Shown: positions 33,290-45,822 of the stretch, piece after piece
How positions within the stretch are numbered: position 1 is the first letter of the stretch
How the letters are laid out: each line of letters starts with the position of its first letter
Assembly (NCBI GenBank): GCA_963836185.1
Contig: CAWIIQ010000003.1
Coordinates: 288,001-352,000, forward strand
Origin: Candidatus Krumholzibacteriia bacterium
Lineage (GTDB): Bacteria; Krumholzibacteriota; Krumholzibacteriia; Krumholzibacteriales; Krumholzibacteriaceae
Length of the DNA stretch: 64,000 nucleotides
Reading direction: 5' to 3'
Position numbers and translations under genes: made by a program
The notes under the pieces: generated by a model
Told to the model about the DNA's origin: nothing
Database searches by the model: none
What the model saw: the letters and a program-made list of their open reading frames with translations, nothing else

Positions 33290-36200
33290 ATGGGAATCAC
33301 GATCGGAATAGACGTCGGAACGGTCAGCACGAAGTGCGCCCTCTTCGGAGCGGCCGAGCGGCTGAAACAGATCGCCGCCTCGGGCGACGCTCTCTGCAGC
33401 GTCTTCGACTATGCGCCCGAGCCTGATAAGGCCGTGGCCGTTTCCGGTTACCGCCGCATACAGGGCAAGCCGCTCGACGCGGTAGTCGAGCAGCTGCGTG
33501 AGTTGACCGGGCTGCTCGAGCCGGGCGAGCTGCAGGAGCGTCGTCATAACCGGATCATCCGGCAAGCTCGTAGGCGAGAGTCTCGGCATTCCCGTCGAGA
33601 ACGAGTTCAAGGCCGCCGCGACCGGGATCGGGCGGATATACCCCGATGTAAAGAACATATTCGAGATGGGCGGCGAGAACTCGAAGTTCATCCGCGTCGC
33701 CTGCGAGGAAGATGTCACCGGGATCATCGACTACGAGACGAACGGCGACTGCGCCGCCGGCACCGGATCGTTCATGGACCAGCAGTCGACCAGGCTGCAG
33801 TTCGGAATAGAAGAGGTCGGCGGACCTCGTCCTCGGCACCGACCGCTCGCCGAAGATCGCGGGCCGCTGCAGCGTCTTCGCCAAGTCGGACATGATCCAC
33901 GCCCAGCAGAAGGGGTACAAGCCCGAAGAGGTTCTCAAGGGGCTCTGCGAGGCGGTGGCGAGGAACTTCAAGAGCAATATCGTAAAGGGCAAGGACGTGC
34001 ACGGCAGGACCGCCTTTATAGGCGGAGTCGCGCTGAACACCGGCGTCGCGAACGCGGTGCGGGATGTCTTCGAGCTCAGCGAGGACGATTTCTTCGTTCC
34101 CGAGGAGGGCGTCTTCGCCGGCGCGATCGGCGCGTCTATCATAGCGGCCGGCAATGGTAACGGCTTCGATGAGGGTGAGTTCCTCCGCGTGCTCGAGAGC
34201 GGCGGCGGATCGTACGGCAAGTCGTTCCCGTCGTGGAAGGTGCTGACCCGCGACAAGGTCAGCTTCCTGCGCGACCGCGTGAAGGAATACTCGTTCGAGG
34301 GCAGGACACTCCCGGTCAATGCCTACCTCGGAGTCGATGTCGGCTCGGTGAGCACCAACCTCGTCCTCGTCGACGACAACGGCGACATGATCAAGGAGAT
34401 CTACCTGCGCACACAGGCCCGTCCTATAGAGGTCGTCAGCAACGGGCTCCACGCGCTTCGCGACGAGCTCGCCGACAAGGTCACTATCAGGGGCGTCGGC
34501 ACGACCGGTTCGGGCAGGGAGCTCGTCGGCGAGCTGATCGGCGCCGACACGATCAATGACGAGATCACCGCGCACAAGACGGGCGCGACATTCATAAGCG
34601 ACACGCTCCTCCACAAGAAGGTCGATACGATATTCGAGATCGGCGGGCAGGATTCAAAATACATCAGGATAGACGACGGTATCGTCACCGACTTCACGAT
34701 GAACGAGGCCTGCGCCGCCGGCACCGGCTCGTTCCTCGAGGAGCAGGCGGAGAAGCTCGACATAAATATCATCGACGAGTTCGCCGAGAAGGCGTTCGCC
34801 TCGAAGAAGCCGCTGCGTCTCGGCGAGCGGTGCACGGTATACATGGAGCAGGACGTCTCGGCCTACATGAAGCGCGGGGCGGAGAAGGACGACATCATCG
34901 CCGGGCTGGCCTACTCGGTCGTCCAGAACTACCTCAACAGGGTCGTGCGAGGCCGGCGCATCGGCAACGTGATCTTCTTCCAGGGCGGAACGGCATACAA
35001 TGACGCCGTCGCCGCGGCCTTCAGCGAGGTAGTCGGGCGCGAGATCATCGTCCCGCCGCACAACGGCGTCATCGGCGCAGTCGGCGCGGCGCTGCTCGCG
35101 AAAGACAAGGTCATTTCTCTCGAGCTGCAGACGACTTTCCGGGGCTACGAGATAGAGAACATCGATTACAGCATCCGCGAGTTCACCTGCAAGGGGTGCA
35201 CGAACTTCTGCGACATCCAGGAATTCACCGTCGAAGGAGAACGCACCTACTGGGGAGACAAGTGCAGCGACAAGTACCGCAAACGGGCCAAGGTGCCGAA
35301 GAAGCCGGTCATCGCCGACCTCATGGCGGTATACGACGAGCTTCTCGAGCGGGACTACCTTCCCGAGGCGGCTGCCGCCGCGGGGCTGGAGATACCCGGC
35401 CCACCGGCGAAGTTCCGGATCGGGATACCCAGGGCGATGTACTTCTTCGACCGCCATCCCTTCTGGAGCACCTATCTGCGCGCTATGGGTATGGAAGTGG
35501 TGATCTCGAAGGCGACGAACAAAAGAATCGTCCACCAGGGCGTCGAAGCGGTCGTCTCCGAGCCGTGCTTCCCGATCCAGGTGGCGCACGGCCACGTCGA
35601 GGCTCTTCTCGAGGAGGAAGGGCTCGACAGCATCCTCGTGCCGAACGTCATCGACGCTGAGACCGATATCCCCGAGATCAACTCGTACGTCTGCCCGTGG
35701 GGGCAGACCCTGCCGTTCGTCATCAGGAGCATGCCCTCGCTGCGCGGCCGAGAGGATTTCATCTCGGCGCCGCTCGTTCACTTCAGAGAGGGCGAGAAGT
35801 ATGTCGAGAAGGAGCTGCGCTCTTTCGCCGCGAAGTTCGGCATCGGCAAGAAGCTCCACAGGAAGGCTGTGAAGGCAGCGTACATAGCCCAGGAGACATT
35901 CCGCGGGGCGGTTCGTGCGGAGGGCGCGAAGGCGCTCAGGACCCTCGACGAGACGGGCGAGCAGGGGATCATCCTGGTCGGGCGCCCTTACAATATCGTT
36001 GACCGCGAGGTTAACCTCAACGTTCCCGGCAAGCTCCGTGATTACTACGGCGCCAACGTGATTCCTATCTTCTTCCTCGATCTCGAGGGGATCGGTATCC
36101 GCGACCTCGGCCCGAACATGTTCTGGAACTACGGCAGGAAGATCCTCCAGGCGGCCCGCTACGCCGCGCAGAGGGAGAACCTGCACCTGATATATGTCAC

Positions 36201-36462
36201 GAATTTCAAGTGCGGCCCCGACTCGTACGTGAAGCATTTCACGGGCAAGGCGGCGGTACGCCCCTATCTTACCCTGCAATTCGACGCGCACGGCAATGAC
36301 GCCGGCATCATGACACGCTGCGAGGCCTATCTCGACAGCAAAGGAGTCCTCAGATGGTGGAAAACAAGGGAAACCCCCTCGAAGGAAGAACCCTCTACGT
36401 ACCAAGAATGTCTTCCGGAGGATCAGAAGCATTCGCTGCGGCCTTCAGGTACCTCGGGATAG
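33290..36462 (+). CDS. Acyl-CoA dehydratase activase-like protein (two BadF/BadG ATPase domains plus DUF2229); frameshifts near 33540 and 33825
   Basis: IGIDVGTVSTK, EMGGE, CAAGTGSF twice, LGVDVGSVSTN, TTGSGR, EIGGQDSK, CKGCTNFC, EPCFP, GRPYN and NFKCGPD. Confidence 0.9.
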
Positions 36463-37632
36463 ACGCGAAGCCGACGCCGGAGGGTGACGAGAGGACATAC
36501 GAGCTGGCCGGAAAGTGCACCTCGGGCGACGAGTGCCTTCCCGCGCGCGTTACGATCGGGAACCTTCTGCGGATCATCGAGCAGCCGGGATTCGATCCGG
36601 CGAAGGTCGCCTTCTTTATGCCGACCGCCGGCGGACCCTGCCGTTTCGGGCAGTACTCGCCCTTCACGCAGACAGTGATGGAAGAGATGGGCCACGGAGA
36701 GGTCATGATCGTCTCGCCGACGAGCGCGGACGGTTACGCGAGCCTCGGCGAGAACGCCCAGGCCGCGCTCAAGCTCGGCTGGTGGGGACTTGTCGCGAGC
36801 GACGCCTTCCGCAAGATGCTCCACATCTACAGGCCGTACGAGACGGTTCCGGGAGCCGCCGATGAGGCGCACGCGAAATCGCTCAAGCATTTCTGCGACA
36901 ACCTCTCCGACAGTTCCGAGCCTTTGAACAGAAAACTCGACTCCCTTACAGGATCGATGGAGGCTGCCCGCGATTTCTTCCGTGCGGTGCCGGCCGACTG
37001 GAGCCGCGACGTGATGCTCGTCGGAGTCGTCGGCGAGATCTTCTGCCGCCTCAGCACCTTCAGCAACGAGGACCTGATCAGGCGCCTCGAGCCGTTCGGC
37101 GCCCAGGCGTGGCTCTCCGATATCACCGAGTGGGTCCACTACACGGACAGCGACAATGTCAGGAACCTCAAGAGGCTCGGCAAGACCTTCTCGATGAGCA
37201 TGCTCGGCGCGATCATGAAGAACCGCGTGCAGCACGGGTACGAGAGAAAGCTGCTCGCCCCGCTGCAGAGCGAGTTTGTCGGCGTCGAGGAGCCGCACGA
37301 CGTGCAGGAGGTCCTCGACATGGCGGCGCCGTACCTGCCCGTGGAGGGCTCGCACGGCGAGATGGTACTGAGCGTCGGAAAGTCGATCTACATGTACGAG
37401 AAGGGCGCCGACGGCATCATCGATATCAGTCCCGTTCACCTGCATGAACGGTATCGTCTCCGAGGCGGTCTACCCGAGGGTCAGCACCGACCACGAGAAC
37501 ATACCGATCAGGAACTTCTACTTCGACGGTACCCAGACAGATCTCGAGAACGATCTCGGGATTTTCATGGAACTCGTCCGCAATTATAATCGTAAGAAAA
37601 CAAGGAAGCGGATCAGGCGAAACGTAGCCTGA
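36354..37632 (+). CDS. CoA-activase partner subunit (DUF2229/2-hydroxyacyl-CoA dehydratase-related); frameshift near 37430
   Basis: TSGDECLP, GPCRFGQY, GVVGEIFCR, GEMVLSVG and PFTCMNG. Confidence 0.8.
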
Positions 37633-37740
37633 CGGAAGGCTAAATGTAGCCTGACGAGCCTTTTTACGTTATCTTTCACATTCCCGGCGGCCGCACCGGC
37701 CTGCCGGGATGTGTGTGCTTATTTTCACATTGGAGGAGAG

Positions 37741-39079
37741 ATGAAGAAAAGGATGCCGGCGGTCGCTTCTGATCGTCCTGTTGTCCGTTCTTTCCGCCGC
37801 GGTCCCGGCGACCGCAGGCGAAAAGATCGATGTTTCTATCAACGCCACAGTCGAGACTCTCGACAACGGCCTCAAGGTGATCCTCGTCGAGGACCACTCG
37901 GTGCCGGTCATAAGCTACCAGACATTCTTCCGCGTCGGCGCCCGCAACGAGCGCGCCGGCATCACGGGCATCTCGCATTTCATGGAACACATGATGTTCA
38001 ACGGCGCCGACAAGTACGGCCCGAAGGAATTCGACGCCGTCCTCGAGGCGAACGGAGGGTATTCTAACGCCTTCACCTCGGATGACATGACCGCGTACTA
38101 CGAGGACATATCGAGCGACGGATTCGAGCTCTGCGTAGATCTCGACTCCGACAGGATCAAGTCGCTGACCCTCGACCCGAAGTTCATCGTCAGCGAGATG
38201 GGTGTCGTCATGGAGGAGCGCATGCTGCGTATCGACAACTCGGTGCGCGGCCAGATGTGGGAGGACCTCGACGCTCTCGCCTTCAAGGCCCATCCATACA
38301 AGTGGCCCGTCATCGGCTGGATGTCAGATCTCGAGGCGATCGACCGCGACGACTGCGTCGAGTACTTCAAGACGTATTATGCGCCGAACAACGCCATTCT
38401 CATCGTCGCGGGCGACTTCGATACGAAGCAGGCGATGAAGCTGATACATCAGTACTACGATGATATACCGGCACAGGACCCGCCCGCTGCGGTGCGCACC
38501 GTGGAACCGGAGCAGCTCGGCGAGCGCCGCGGAGTGGTCAACAAGAAGGCCGAGCTTCCTGCCGTCTTTATCGCCTATCACACTCCCGATATCAAGAGCG
38601 ACGATATCTATACCCTCGATGTTCTCCAGCAGATACTCACCGGGGGGGAGAGCTCGAGGCTCCACCGCAGGCTCGTCCGCGAATTGCAGGCGGCGATGTC
38701 GGTGACAGCATCCTTCCCCTGGAGGATCGATCCCTACCTCTTCGAGTTCAATGTCAAGATGAAGCCGGGGCACGAGACCCTCGAGGCCGAGGAGGCCATT
38801 TACGCCGAGCTGGCCGACATCATCGAGAACGGTGTCCTCGATGAGGAACTCGCCCGCGCGAAGAACGTCCTCGAGGCCGACTTCGTCAGGTCGATGCAGA
38901 CCGTTAACGGCAGGGCGAGCAAGATCGGCCGGTACGAGATACTCTTCGGCGACTACACCGAGATCATGAATGTACCGGGCCGCTACAGGGCAGTGACCGA
39001 TGAGCAGGTCCGAGCGGTCGCGGAGAAATATTTCGCGCAGAGGAACAGGACAGTCATAACACTGGTGCCTGAGGCATAG
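37741..39079 (+). CDS. M16 zinc peptidase, catalytic subunit (frameshift in the signal peptide)
   Basis: Inverted zinc motif HFMEH, NAFTS, EER, HPY and YYAPNNA. Confidence 0.92.
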
Positions 39080-39091
39080 GAGGGACTTGAG

Positions 39092-40483
39092 ATGAGAAGG
39101 ATAATATATGTACTGATCGCGGCGGCCATGATCGCCGCGGCCGTCCCCGCCTCAGCGGGCACGAAGGACGTCGAGCTCCCCGGTTACGAGGAGCATGTCA
39201 TGAAAAATGGCCTGAAGGTCTTCATAGTCCCGACACTCGAGGTCCCGCTTGTGACGATGCGTCTCCTCATTCCGGCGGGTTCGTGCACGGACGCAGCCGG
39301 AAGCGAGGGGCTGGCAGGGCTGACCGCGAGACTCCTGCTCAAGGGCGCCGATGGAATGGGAGCCGAGGAGATATCGGCGGCGATCGAAGGGGTCGGCGGA
39401 AGGCTCGACGCCTGGGCCGGCCGGGACTACGCGATAGTAACGGGCGATTTCCTCTCCCGTGATTTCGAGCTCGGGCTCGATTATATGGCCCGCGCCCTGA
39501 CTAATCCCGATTTTCCCGAAGCGGAATTCGACCGGGAAAAGTCGACCGTTCTCGCCGAGGCGATGAGCGTGAAGGAGAACCCCTCATCCCTGGCGAACAG
39601 GGAATTCCTCAGGCTTCTTCTTGCCCCTCATCCGTACGGCAATCCGGTCGACGGCTATCCCGCGAGTGTCGGCACGATAACGCGAGACGATGTCGCGGCC
39701 TTCCACAAGAGGTACTACGTGCCTGATGGCGCCGTTCTGGCCATCGTCGGTGACATCGATGCGGGAAAGGCGAAGAAACTCATCGACAAGAAGCTCGGCG
39801 GCTGGAAAGGCAATGCTCCAGCGGGCAGCGTCGCCGCACTCGAGAGGGGGCCGGCGCAGAACCGCAAGGTCATCGTCATCGACAAGCCCGACCTCACGCA
39901 GAGCCAGATCAGGATAGGGAACGTCGCAGTCGGCAGGGACACGCCCGATTTCTTCGAGCTGACCGTGGCTAACAGCATCCTTGGAGGCGGCTTTACCTCG
40001 AGGCTGATGGATGAGATCCGCGTCAATCGCGGGCTCTCGTACGGCGCGAGGAGCATGCTCGGCCAGTACAGGTACGGCGGTTTCTTCGGCGTTATGACCT
40101 ACACGAAGAACGCGACACTGCGCGAGACGATCGACGTCGCACTCGATCAGGTCAGGCTGATGCGTGACGTGAAGGTCGACGAAGAGGAACTCGAAGGTAG
40201 CAGGCGTTACATCTCTGGCCTCTTCCCCTTTGACATCGAGACGAACGCCGATATCGCGCAGTGGATGACGGACCTCGAATTCTATCAGCTGGGCGGGGAT
40301 TTCGTGGAGAAGTACCGCAGCAGGATAGGCGCGGTATCATCCGATGACGTCATGCGTGTAGCGAAGGAGCAATTCGGCTACGACGCGAACCTGATCGTCG
40401 TGATGACAAACTACGACGAGACAAAGGAGCAGCTCGAGGGCCTCGGCGATATCGAAGTCATCTCGATATCGGAGATAGAGTAG
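39092..40483 (+). CDS. M16 peptidase, non-catalytic subunit
   Basis: Lacks HxxEH; contains ILGGGFTSRL...RVNRGLSYG; signal peptide. Confidence 0.9.
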   Translation: MRRIIYVLIAAAMIAAAVPASAGTKDVELPGYEEHVMKNGLKVFIVPTLEVPLVTMRLLIPAGSCTDAAGSEGLAGLTARLLLKGADGMGAEEISAAIEGVGGRLDAWAGRDYAIVTGDFLSRDFELGLDYMARALTNPDFPEAEFDREKSTVLAEAMSVKENPSSLANREFLRLLLAPHPYGNPVDGYPASVGTITRDDVAAFHKRYYVPDGAVLAIVGDIDAGKAKKLIDKKLGGWKGNAPAGSVAALERGPAQNRKVIVIDKPDLTQSQIRIGNVAVGRDTPDFFELTVANSILGGGFTSRLMDEIRVNRGLSYGARSMLGQYRYGGFFGVMTYTKNATLRETIDVALDQVRLMRDVKVDEEELEGSRRYISGLFPFDIETNADIAQWMTDLEFYQLGGDFVEKYRSRIGAVSSDDVMRVAKEQFGYDANLIVVMTNYDETKEQLEGLGDIEVISISEIE

Positions 40484-40498
40484 CAGGCTCGGGGTAGT

Positions 40499-40894
40499 CT
40501 AGCCGATTACCGTCGTCAGCTCGAACTCGGGCGGATCGAGCATCGTCTTCTTGACGGCGCAGAGATCGACCGTGTGCAGGAGCGCCTTCTTGTACTTCTC
40601 GGGGAAGTCCTCCGGAAGGACGATCTCAAGTGTGATCTTCGTGATCCTGTGCGTCTCCGGATCGCGCTCATCGCGTTGGATCACCTTGACGTCATCGAGA
40701 GAGATCCCTCTCTTCTCGCAGAAGAAGACGACGTAGATCCCCGCGCATGAGACGAGGGATGTGAGAAAGAGGGCGAAAGGCGAGGGAGCCTCCCCGTCGC
40801 CGCCGGCCATGACCGGCTGGTCGGTTATTACGTCATACTGGCCCACACGGGCGCTCGTCTTCTTATTGCCTGGAAAGGTTACTGTGATTTCCAC
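40499..40894 (-). CDS. OsmC family protein
   Basis: GTG start; TDQP..GG...APSPFALFL..L.SC and a second Cys in DLCAVKK. Confidence 0.85.
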   Translation of the reverse strand: MEITVTFPGNKKTSARVGQYDVITDQPVMAGGDGEAPSPFALFLTSLVSCAGIYVVFFCEKRGISLDDVKVIQRDERDPETHRITKITLEIVLPEDFPEKYKKALLHTVDLCAVKKTMLDPPEFELTTVIG

Positions 40895-40936
40895 TGTATT
40901 CCCCCTGTCGTGATGTATCCCTTGAGAAAAGAAAAA

Positions 40937-41020
40937 TGCCTGAGGGGGGAGTCGAACCCCCACAAGGTTGCCCTCACTGCGCCCTGAACGCAGCGCGTCT
41001 ACCAGTTCCGCCACTCAGGC
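40937..41020 (-). tRNA. tRNA-Leu (anticodon CAG), CCA not encoded
   Basis: Reverse complement GCCTGAGTGGCGGAACTGGTAGACGCG-CTGCGTTCAGGGCGCAG, long variable arm, GGGGGTTCGACTCCCCC-CTCAGGCA. Confidence 0.95.
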
Positions 41021-41161
41021 ATTCTCTTTGCAGGTAAGTACAATAATTAACGCCGGATAGTTTGTCAAGAACGCCGTATTGGCGGAGATTCTTGCACTAT
41101 CCGGGGTATAGGCGTACTATATCGTCAGTTTTACTGTCAGCGGTCCTTATAAGAGGAGGAA

Positions 41162-41764
41162 ATGATGTTCAGACTCTTCGCGGCTCTCCTGTGCATGTTG
41201 CTTGTGGCCGGATGCGCGCCGGAGCAGACGACCGAGATCGACCTCGATACAGACACGGCCGAGGATGCCGACTATTCGAGTGCCGACCTGCTTATCATCT
41301 CGGACGAGATGATCGCCTCGATTCAGGCGAACGGGTTTCATAACCAGTACGCCGCCGCTCACAACGGCCAGAAACCGGTCATGATCCTCGCGCGGGCGAT
41401 GGAAAACAATACGGACGAGCACATCGACACCCGGATGATCCTCGACAAGGTCCGCACTGGCCTGATCAAGACAGGCGTGGCGCAGTTCGTCGACGACCAG
41501 GCCTTCGACCAGGCCCTCGACCAGCTCAACATGCAGGCGACCGATCTCTACGACGACTCGAAGGCCGCGCAGCTCGGCCGGTTCGTCGGGGCGCATTACA
41601 TCATGCGTGGATCGATCGGCAACATCCGCAAGGTGGACGGCGGAGAGACGAGGAACTACTTCCTCATCACGATGACGATCGTTGATATCGAGACCCTGCT
41701 TATCACGTGGATCGACGAGATCGAGTACAAGCGCAAGAGCACGAAGGGTACGACGCGCTGGTAG
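41162..41764 (+). CDS. LpoB/CsgG-like lipoprotein (penicillin-binding protein activator family)
   Basis: Lipobox VAGC; NNTDEHIDT, GAHYIMRGSI and IVDIET..ITW. Confidence 0.75.
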   Translation: MMFRLFAALLCMLLVAGCAPEQTTEIDLDTDTAEDADYSSADLLIISDEMIASIQANGFHNQYAAAHNGQKPVMILARAMENNTDEHIDTRMILDKVRTGLIKTGVAQFVDDQAFDQALDQLNMQATDLYDDSKAAQLGRFVGAHYIMRGSIGNIRKVDGGETRNYFLITMTIVDIETLLITWIDEIEYKRKSTKGTTRW

Positions 41765-41782
41765 GCCGCGAGATCTGAAACG

Positions 41783-43070
41783 ATGAACAGATGGGTCCCA
41801 TAACGGTCCTTGCTGTCCTCGTGGCCCTCGTGGTCACGTCGGGCTGCACTACCTATACTGCCCGTATGAACGATACGGGCGCCTTCTACTATGATGGGGA
41901 GTACGACCTCGCGAGGGAAGAACTCGATGAGCTGGTCACCTCATCTTCCAACGAGGATATCTTTCTTTTCCTGCTCGAGAGGGGCAAGGTCCGTCTCGCC
42001 TCGGGGATGTATGACTCGGCTATCGTCGACTTGCAGGCCGCCGAGCACCGGTTCGATGAGATCGAGGGGACAATTTCGATCGGGGAGATGCTTTCGGCAC
42101 CGCTCTCGTCAGCGACGCGAGCCGGGAATACCAGCCGACAGCCCACGAGAAGATCCTGGTGAACACCTACCTTCTGCTTTCATATCTTGGCGCCGGCGAC
42201 CTTGAGGGTGCCTATGTCGAGAGAAATCGCGTGATAAGGCGTCTTTCGGAGTATGTCGGCCATGTCGAGCCCGGAGATGATCCGCCGCTCGATGTGCCGT
42301 TCGCGCGATACGTCACTGCCGTCATGTATGAGAACGAGGGGAAGCTCGACGATGCGAGGATAGAGTACGACCGCGTCGAGGACCTCTATCCGGAGGCTGT
42401 ACCCTGGTCGCCTAACGCGCACATGACCGAGATCGTCGTCCTCACCGAGATGGGAAGGGCGCCGGTGAAGATCTCTCGCGAGATCAGGGGGTATTTCGAG
42501 AAGGTGAACGGGCAGACATTCGGATATTTTACACTGCCGGGAAATGCAGGCCAGCAGGCCTACCCTGTGTCATCGGCTTTCGATAGGCGACGATAGCGGA
42601 TTCGGGACGGTTTTTACATTCGCGTTCCCGGAGTACGTCCGGATACCGCGGGGCGCTGTTTTCGCGTATCCGGTATCGACGGAATGGAAGCGGGGATGGC
42701 TGTTACCCTCGACGATCTGGAGGAGACGGCGATGGAGACATTCAAGAGGAACCTCATGACGATCCTTATCAGGTCCGCCGTGCGGACCTACCTGCAGCTC
42801 CTTCTTCAGAACGAGCTTGATGGCGACATCGGCAGGATAGCTGGCGCTGTGGCGAAGCTTCTTCTCCGTGGTCGAGACGGCCGACACCAGGTCGTGGCAG
42901 ACGCTTCCCTCCGAGATCGCCGTATTCAGGATGGAGGTCGAGCCGGGAAGCCACGAGGTCTCGATGAGATACTACGATGCCGGAGGCATGCGTATCGGTG
43001 AATCCGAGGCGCGCGAAGTATGGGTGCGGAGGGAAAGAAGGAGATCGCCTGGATGCCCGGCCCCCCGTAG
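41783..43070 (+). CDS. COG3014 family lipoprotein; several frameshifts
   Basis: Lipobox TSGC; LFLLERG, EY....HEKILVNTY, DDARIEY and ETADTRSWQTLP. Confidence 0.75.
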
Positions 43071-43074
43071 GCCG

Positions 43075-43634
43075 TCAGATCTCCTCCAGGGTCATTCTGG
43101 CCGATTCGGCGTAGAGGCCCCCCAGCGCGGCCGTCCTCTCGAGATACTTTTTCGCCTCTTCTTTATTTCCCTCAGAGAGATGCATCATGCCGAGGTACCA
43201 GGCGTACGTCTCGTTCAGCATGTCAGTCTCGGCGGCGGCTGTGACAAAGAGGATCCCCTTGAGTGGATATCCCGCGGTAGAACTCGGAAAGGCCGAGTAT
43301 CAGCTCGAGGTTCCGGGGCACGCTGTCGAAGCTGCCCTCGCTGATCCCGGAGTGTATGAAGAAACCGCGCCCTGGATAGCAGGCGCGCCGTTTCATCGTA
43401 GTCCTTCTTTTCGAACGCCTCGGTCGCGCCGGATATGAGCGTATCGATCTCCGCGAAGCCGATATAAGGGATCCCTGCCGCAGGGGGCGGGATTATCTCG
43501 ATGCTGCTGCCCCTGTCATCTCCGCCTCCCGAGATCAGGAGGAACGCGATGAATGCCAGGGCCGCCAGGGGGACGGCCCACGAAAGCGCCCGGAATGCCG
43601 GATGGTACTGCCTCTTCCCGTTGTCGTCCGTCAT
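43075..43634 (-). CDS. Membrane-anchored TPR-like helical protein; frameshift near 43365
   Basis: Single TM segment; C-terminus AWYLGMMHLSEGNKEEAKKYLE. Confidence 0.6.
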
Positions 43635-43786
43635 CTTATACCTTGCCAGCGGTTAACCTCTCTGGTACTTTTTCCCTGACCAAGTCTGGCCGAAAAAAGG
43701 CGGTCAGTCAACGCCGTTGTGCGCCGTTTCCGTTTTTTTTCGCCCGAATGAGCGAACGGCGGACCCGGCTGCGGTGTATCAGCGAT

Positions 43787-44242
43787 ATGAAGATAGTGTG
43801 CACAAACAGGAAGGCAAGGCGGGATTACGAGATCCTCGAGACGATGGAGGCCGGAATGGTCCTCACCGGAACCGAGGTGAAGAGCCTGCGCAAGGGCGGG
43901 GCCCATCTGAAGGACTCTTACGCCGCCGTAGAGCGGGAGGAGCTTTTCCTGCACAATGCGCATATCGCTCCGTACGAGATGGGGAACAGGTTCAACCATG
44001 AGCCGCTCAGGACGAGGAAACTCCTGATGCATGCGAGGGAGATCAGGCGGCTCCTCGGGAAGATCCAGGAGAAAGGGCTGACCCTTGTCCCCCTGAAGAT
44101 GTATTTCAACGACGCCGGCAAGGTCAAGATAGAGCTGGGGCTGGCGAAAGGACGCCGCGCGTATGACAAGAGGCGCGATATCGCCGACCGCGACGCGAAG
44201 AGGGATATGCAGAGGGCGCTTAAGGACGAGGAGCGCAAGTAA
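43787..44242 (+). CDS. smpB: SsrA-binding protein
   Basis: NRKARRDY, EAGMVLTGTEVKSLR, RKLLMH, TLVPLKMYF and YDKR. Confidence 0.97.
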   Translation: MKIVCTNRKARRDYEILETMEAGMVLTGTEVKSLRKGGAHLKDSYAAVEREELFLHNAHIAPYEMGNRFNHEPLRTRKLLMHAREIRRLLGKIQEKGLTLVPLKMYFNDAGKVKIELGLAKGRRAYDKRRDIADRDAKRDMQRALKDEERK

Positions 44243-44246
44243 GGAT

Positions 44247-45822
44247 ATGAAGCGACATACAGCAGCAGTAACGGCATTGATGATGATCGCGGTGCTCCTG
44301 TCGGCAGCCGCGAGCGCGAATGATCCGGAGAAAGTCGATCCGGAACGTACACTCGGCGTAGTCTACGGCGACGATCGCGCCACCGAAGACGTTCCCCTCT
44401 ACCGTCTAGCGAAGCCGAGCGAGGAGCTGTTTATCTCGGCGTACGATCTCGCGAGGATATTCAGGGCGACCCGCTACTGGAACGCCGGCGCGAGAAAGCT
44501 CGTCCTGCGCATCGAGAGCCATTCGTTCATGCTGACGATCGATACCCGGGTCGTAGTCGTCGATGACGAGCCTGTCCTGATGAGGATACCCGTCTCGTAC
44601 GCGAACGGCTCGGTGATGATACCGCTCGAGTTCGTCTCGAGCATCCTTGCCCCGATGACGCTCGAGGAGATCGAGCTCGACGAGGAGAGGCATCGTGATG
44701 ACTATCGGCTCGCCTCGCTACAATATCACTTCAGTCGATTTCGAGGAGGGCGATGAGGGCACCAGGGCCGTTCTCGCCCTGACCGAGGAGCTTCTCTACC
44801 ATGTCGACAGCGAGACTCCGGGCCTGCTGAGGCTGAAGGTCTACGGAGGCAGGCTCAATACGCTGAAGATCAACGCGACCGGGGGACGCGGGCTCTTCAA
44901 CCGCGTCAGGGCGGAGCAGACCGAGCACGACTCGTATCTCTTCTTCGATGTCGAGAAGACGGCTGAATCTTTCCGCGTCGAGTTCACAGGCCCGGCGGAT
45001 GGGGACACGAGGAAGCTCGTGATCCACCTCGAGAAGGGCGAGCTGCCCGAGATCCCCGACGTAGATTTCGCCGGCCGGAGGATGACGGAGATACTCGATG
45101 ACTCCCGCAAGACAGGGAGGCGCGAGGTTGTAAAGGTCGCGATAGACGCGGGTCACGGCGGAATAGACAAGGGCAAGGTCGGCCCTACCGGGCTGATGGA
45201 AAAAGAAGTGAATCTCGATATAGCGATGAGGCTGCGCGACCTTCTCGTCAGCGATTACAACATGGAAGTAGTCATGACGAGGACCGATGATGTCCTCGTG
45301 CCCCTGATGAGAAGGGCCGAGATAGCCAACTCGGAAGGGGCCGATATATTCGTCAGCCTCCACTGCAACGGCTGGTTCCATCCCGACGCCGGCGGATACG
45401 AGACCTTCTTCCTCTCACAGGCGAAGACCGAGGAAGCGACGAGGCTCGCGATGGAAGAGAACGCCTCGATGCAGTTCGAGGGATCGGGCGTGAGCGCCGA
45501 GGAGCTCGACGACCTCGGGTTCATGCTGTGGGACATGGTCCAGAACGAATTCGTGACAGAGAGCAGCGAACTTGCCGAGCTGATCCAGAGAGAGCTCGGC
45601 GACGTCGTCGATATACGTAACAGGGGCGTCAAGCAGGCCGGCCTGATCGTCCTCAAGGGATGCAGGATGCCGGCCGTGCTCGTCGAGTCGGCCTTTCTCT
45701 CCAATCCCCAGGAGGAGAGGCTGCTGGCCGACAGGCGGTTCCGCGAGGAAGTAGCCCGCGGGATAGCCGAGGCGATACAGAGATACCGCGCCAGGTACAC
45801 CGGGCCGGGCGCTGAGGAGTGA
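44247..45822 (+). CDS. N-acetylmuramoyl-L-alanine amidase (Amidase_3) with N-terminal stalk/AMIN-like domains; frameshift near 44690
   Basis: IDAGHGG, EKEVNL, FVSLHCN and MPAVLVESAFLSN. Confidence 0.92.

Noticed and set aside
43553-43786. Long N-terminal extensions on smpB (also rph from 46941, OsmC from 41014 and GT4 from 51575)
   Set aside because: Artefacts of taking the first start codon; homology begins at downstream starts, and the OsmC extension overlaps tRNA-Leu.
43640-43790. Possible tmRNA (ssrA) next to smpB
   Set aside because: The space is too short and no GGGG...TCCACCA tRNA-like ends were seen.
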